Source: Candidatus Latescibacterota bacterium
GTDB taxonomy: Bacteria > Latescibacterota > UBA2968 > GCA-2709665
NCBI GenBank assembly: GCA_965205485.1
Contig: OZ242180.1
Coordinates: 2,560,001-2,624,000 of the forward strand
Length of the DNA stretch: 64,000 nucleotides
Reading direction: 5' to 3'
This document shows, piece after piece, positions 60,159 to 64,000 of the stretch; the first letter of the stretch is position 1, and every line of letters begins with the position of its first letter. Below the pieces are notes generated by a model that made no database searches, was not told the origin of the DNA, and worked only from the letters and a program-made list of their open reading frames with translations. The position numbers and the translations under genes were made by a program.

Positions 60159-61079
60159 GTGACGGAAGTCTTCTTCAACATTCAGGTCGATTGCGAGGCC
60201 ACGCAGCGAAGTATCGGCGACCCGGCGCTGGGCGAACGGTCGATTCACGGATTGGGCGAAATCTTTTCGCGGACCGGCATGAAGGGCACGTTTGTCGTGA
60301 TTCCGTCGGACATGAAGGCGCATTCGGGCGTGTATTGCGAACTCGAATCCGAAGGCCACGAGGTGGGCCTTCACGTGCATCCGGCGGAACAGGGGTACGA
60401 AGAGTTCCTGGGTGTGTACGGATTCGAGGAACAGGTGGCGATTCTGAAGCAGGCGGCGGATCAGTTCGCCGATTCGATGGGCCGACCGCCCTCGGTATTC
60501 ACCCCCGGATATTTTTCGGCCAACGACCATACCTTTCCCGCGCTGGAGGCGCTGGGGTTCACGCACGGCACGGTGTCGATGCCAACGCGAAACCTTCCTC
60601 ATTGCGCCTGTGTATGGGGGGGTTCGCCGCTGGATATCCACTACCCGCACCGGTACAATCGATCCCTGACGGGTGACGTGAATTTCGTGGATATACCCAC
60701 CACTGTGGACGTCGACTCGCGGATGTGGGGCGGGGCGCACCCGCAGGACCTGCGCATTGAACTGGTGGACGCCAAGAACCATTGGTATACCATTCAAAAG
60801 AACGTGAAACGACAGATCGACAGCGGAAGCGACATACCGGTGAAGTACCTGAAAGCGCTGACGCACAATATCTTCGACTACGGCGATGCGCGGGACTTCC
60901 GCAGGGAGACGATGCAGGGCGTGGTGGCGGCGGCGAGGGAAATATGCGAAAAGCAGGGCTGCGCTCTGGTCCCGGCGACAGCGGCGGAGATCGCCGAGTC
61001 CTACCGGGCGGCGGTTCCCCTTCCCGAACGCGGCCCGCAGTTGGACCTGGACACACGGGGACGCGGGGCCTGGATTTGA
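60159..61079 (+). CDS. Polysaccharide deacetylase (NodB/CE4-like) family protein
   Basis: FFNIQVDCE, MKGTFVV, GHEVGLHVHP, FTPGYF, LTHN. Confidence 0.75.
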   Translation: MTEVFFNIQVDCEATQRSIGDPALGERSIHGLGEIFSRTGMKGTFVVIPSDMKAHSGVYCELESEGHEVGLHVHPAEQGYEEFLGVYGFEEQVAILKQAADQFADSMGRPPSVFTPGYFSANDHTFPALEALGFTHGTVSMPTRNLPHCACVWGGSPLDIHYPHRYNRSLTGDVNFVDIPTTVDVDSRMWGGAHPQDLRIELVDAKNHWYTIQKNVKRQIDSGSDIPVKYLKALTHNIFDYGDARDFRRETMQGVVAAAREICEKQGCALVPATAAEIAESYRAAVPLPERGPQLDLDTRGRGAWI

Positions 61080-61166
61080 GCGCGGCGCGGACGGGCCCTG
61101 CCCTTTCGGGTTCAGTCCGGGGACGTCTGGCGAAAGACGCATCACGATACGGAAAGGGTCGAATGC

Positions 61167-61203
61167 CGGCCGCCCTGGTTACGGGGCGGCCGTTTCGCTT
61201 TTG
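61167..61203 (+). terminator. Intrinsic terminator between convergent genes
   Basis: CGGCCGCCC-loop-GGGCGGCCG followed by TTTCGCTTTT. Confidence 0.65.
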
Positions 61204-61224
61204 CACGTATTGACGCGCATCGGG

Positions 61225-62070
61225 CTAGGAAAGGTCCAGGATGGAGAGACTGTCCCGATAGATTACCGATTCGATTTCGTCGGCGTCGAGGCGGGGCAGC
61301 GCGGTGCCTTCGAGCATATTGTTCAGGCTGCGAAGGCCGGCAAGCGATGCGTCGACGGTGGTAAAGGGATAGTCCGTGCCGAAGAGCAGTTTGTCCCAGA
61401 CGCCGTATTCCTGGACGAGCATCAGGCTGTGGTAGAGCTGAAACGGGCGGTAGTGCAGCGCGCTGAGGTCGGCGTAGACGTTGGGGTGTTTTCGAATAAC
61501 CGCAACGCATTCGCCCTCGTAGGGATGCCCCAGATGCGCCAGGATGATCTTGACGTCGGGGAAGCGAATGGCGACCGGATCCAGGTGGCGGGGAAGTGTA
61601 CATTCCAGAGGCGCCTGCGCCACGAAGGTGGTTCCGGTATGGAGGAGTACGGGCAGTCCGTGTTCGCGGGCGTACCGCCAGAGCGGCTCAACGGACGGGT
61701 CGTCGGGCCTGAAGCCGGCGTACATGGAGAGTAGTTTTATTCCCTTCAGGCCGAGATCCTGATGTCCCTCTCTCAACTCGTCCTGCCAGCCCTCCTGGGT
61801 CGGATCGACCGACAGGAAGCCAGTGAGCGCATCCGGGCTCCGGGCTACCGTTTCGGCCACAAAGCGATCCTCTACCCAGACACCGCTCAGTCTGGCCTTT
61901 CCGCCGAAGACGATTGTGCGAACCGGTTCACCCGCGTGCCGCCGGTAGTCGTCATGGCTGGTCGAGAGGTCGACTTCCACGTCGCCTCTGGCGCGGGTGG
62001 CCTGCCGCCGGAACGCTTCGGTGAAGTGTTGAGGATATCGGAAGACGTGGGCGTGTACGTCAATGATCAT
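61225..62070 (-). CDS. Amidohydrolase_2 family metal-dependent hydrolase
   Basis: IIDVHAH, LKGIKL, VLLHTG, ILAHLG, LLFGTDYP. Confidence 0.9.
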   Translation of the reverse strand: MIIDVHAHVFRYPQHFTEAFRRQATRARGDVEVDLSTSHDDYRRHAGEPVRTIVFGGKARLSGVWVEDRFVAETVARSPDALTGFLSVDPTQEGWQDELREGHQDLGLKGIKLLSMYAGFRPDDPSVEPLWRYAREHGLPVLLHTGTTFVAQAPLECTLPRHLDPVAIRFPDVKIILAHLGHPYEGECVAVIRKHPNVYADLSALHYRPFQLYHSLMLVQEYGVWDKLLFGTDYPFTTVDASLAGLRSLNNMLEGTALPRLDADEIESVIYRDSLSILDLS

Positions 62071-62155
62071 CGTTTTCGTCCTTCAGGCTGGAAGCGCCAA
62101 CGGGATCTTACCCGCGAACCAGGTAGCTTCCCGACGCGCGCCAGACCGGCGCCAC

Positions 62156-63166
62156 TTACAGCGGATCGACCCGGACCAGGGTTTCTTCATCAGTCTCGAT
62201 CCGGAGGGGATTCCTCAACGGTCTTCCAAAGCCGTTCCATGAGATGGCCATGACGTCTCCGTCTTCCAGTTCGACGTCGGCGCCGAAACTGAAGGCGTCG
62301 GCGCCGAAGAAGAAGACGTGAGCGTCGTCCGGCCGGCGATGCTGAGGGTACTTGAAATGGTGGTGCTCGAGGTTGGCCAGGCTGTGCGCCATGTTGGCCT
62401 CACCCGTCGCGATCGTCCTGGACCAGACGGCGATACCGTTTCGTTCGATCGAGACTTCTCCGTCGACGGCCTCAAAATCGGGTTCGAGTGTAAGTTCTGG
62501 GCCGATGGAGCAGGTCCGGAGCTTTGAGGGCGCCAGATACAGGTAGTTTTTCTTTTCGGTGACGTGGTCTGAGAATTCGTTGCCGATGGCGAGGCCGATG
62601 CGCCTGGGGTTGCCTTCCGAATCGATAATGTACGCCCCGGCGACTTCGGGTTCTTCGCCGCCGTCGCCCGCGAAGGCCGGCACGTCCAGGGGCTCGCCGT
62701 GCGCGCGCAGGATGGCTCCGGTCCCCTTGTAGAACCACTCCGGCGGGACGCCGACATTGCAGGACGCGGGTCTGCCTCCCGTCAGACCCCATTGGTACAT
62801 TCGCATGCTGTCGGTGATTTGCGTTTCGCCGCCCCCGTCGTGTTCGTGCATGGCCTGACGGTTGTCAACGCTGGCCCTGTGGGTCAATCCGGTCCCGGCC
62901 ACCAGGCAGCGCGCTGGCTCGCCCGGGTGATCGAACGCGGGCAGAAGGGTCCATTCCGACCGGCCGTGGTAGATCGCGTCGTAGTCCTGGAAGTTCCTTC
63001 CGAGCTGTGATTCAATCTCCGCGGCCAGCGCGACACCTGATTGCAGAACGAAGCTCGCCAGACCGTGAATTGACGTGTGTCCGTCGATCAGCCGGCATCG
63101 GTCGTCGTCGACCGCGGCAATGCGCCGACCCTCACGGGGATGAATCAGCTGTACCAGACTGAACAT
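62156..63166 (-). CDS. AraD1/GguC-family FAH-superfamily protein (sugar-acid catabolism)
   Basis: GTGLTH, TDSMRMY, PEWFYKG, DGGEEPE, GNEFSDH, NYLYLAPSKLR, HSLANLEHHHFKY. Confidence 0.88.
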   Translation of the reverse strand: MFSLVQLIHPREGRRIAAVDDDRCRLIDGHTSIHGLASFVLQSGVALAAEIESQLGRNFQDYDAIYHGRSEWTLLPAFDHPGEPARCLVAGTGLTHRASVDNRQAMHEHDGGGETQITDSMRMYQWGLTGGRPASCNVGVPPEWFYKGTGAILRAHGEPLDVPAFAGDGGEEPEVAGAYIIDSEGNPRRIGLAIGNEFSDHVTEKKNYLYLAPSKLRTCSIGPELTLEPDFEAVDGEVSIERNGIAVWSRTIATGEANMAHSLANLEHHHFKYPQHRRPDDAHVFFFGADAFSFGADVELEDGDVMAISWNGFGRPLRNPLRIETDEETLVRVDPL

Positions 63167-63215
63167 GGGAATTCCGGTGTGGTCACACGCCCGGCGCCAT
63201 CTGTTGATTTCGTCG

Positions 63216-64000
63216 TCAGGTATCCGATGGCGCCTGTAATTCACGCTCGGTGAGACCTGTGCGATTCGTGTGGATCAACGAAAGACCGTTGTAGGATACG
63301 TCTCCGCCGTCCAGTACAGCGACGCGGGCCGGTCGCTCCTCCCGAAACGAGAGAACGCAGACCTTCCCGTTGAAGGACAGGCCGTCGCATGCTACGGATC
63401 CTCCTTCCCTGCCGTATACCACGAGATCATCCCGGTTGCCGCTTTGAATCCGGACGCCGCGCGCGACTTCCGGGCGGCAGGTTCGTCCGTCGACGCTTAC
63501 CGTGCGCCGGGATACGTTGACGTCATCCGGTTCCGATTTGAACGGAACGAGCGCGACGTCGTACACAACGGCATTCGCGCCTTCGCCCCGGACCCATTTC
63601 TGCAGACCGATCCAGTAGCGGTTGGGGTATCTTCCGGGTGTGCCGTCCCGTGCCTCGTACGAGGTCCCGCGACGGACGTAGTGAATCTCCGAGGGTTGTG
63701 CGGGGACGACCTGCAACCCCGGCCGTCCCGCGGTGAGCATGCGGCTTCGGCTGCCTTGCCACCTGGCCGGGGAGTGGAGGTACCAGGTGTAGGCATGGTG
63801 TTGGGGACCTTCAAAAACTGCGTCGGATACGAGGAAATAGTCGGGTTTCAGAAACGTGACGCGCCGCTCGACGAGGGTGCCGTATCGCGCTACGTAAGCC
63901 CGGTGGGTTGCGGAAAAATAGTCCATCCTCTCTCCGGTCGCCCAGGCGACGTCCTCGCCGCGGTGATGTTCGCGGTCCATCGACGCGTCGTTGACCACAA
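63216..64000 (-). CDS. C-terminal part of a heparinase II/III-like protein (runs off the right edge)
   Basis: ATHRAY…VERRVTFLKPDYFLVSD…YTWYLH; frame open to the window end. Confidence 0.65.
   Translation of the reverse strand, partial: VVNDASMDREHHRGEDVAWATGERMDYFSATHRAYVARYGTLVERRVTFLKPDYFLVSDAVFEGPQHHAYTWYLHSPARWQGSRSRMLTAGRPGLQVVPAQPSEIHYVRRGTSYEARDGTPGRYPNRYWIGLQKWVRGEGANAVVYDVALVPFKSEPDDVNVSRRTVSVDGRTCRPEVARGVRIQSGNRDDLVVYGREGGSVACDGLSFNGKVCVLSFREERPARVAVLDGGDVSYNGLSLIHTNRTGLTERELQAPSDT

Overview
High-GC bacterial chromosomal window with no rRNA, tRNA or CRISPR array that I can see. The gene content (PorV, T9SS-like C-terminal domain, GWxTD, CRTAC1/FG-GAP, DUF6785-like membrane proteins, many Gfo/Idh/MocA enzymes) suggests an FCB-group lineage such as Latescibacterota or Gemmatimonadota; this is inference. 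It is mostly a catabolic/uptake region. (i) Four homocysteine S-methyltransferase (BHMT-like) paralogues, one lacking all three Zn-binding cysteines; three sit in a duplicated HMT/Gfo-Idh-MocA/DUF6785 module. (ii) An oppABCD..F peptide ABC system interrupted by repeats and an antisense lyase-like gene. (iii) An outer-membrane cassette: small beta-barrel, di-CxxCH/dockerin protein, TonB-dependent receptor, secreted protein with T9SS-like CTD, PorV-family barrel, TPR-GWxTD protein and TonB. (iv) A DegT aminotransferase cluster with uncharacterised enzymes. (v) One intact and two decayed toxin-antitoxin pairs. (vi) Sugar-acid catabolic genes. The intergenic DNA is a mosaic of non-autonomous repeats: a 0.6-0.8 kb structured element whose stems are near-identical but whose loops are fixed-length and hypervariable, GGAG/GTAG REP(IN)s, MITEs with YTAR target duplications, and 7-9-mer tandem repeats. 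An IS481 has inserted exactly into a hairpin loop of the structured element. Several single-base frameshifts probably reflect sequencing or assembly errors. All family assignments come from motif recognition by eye, not database searches.
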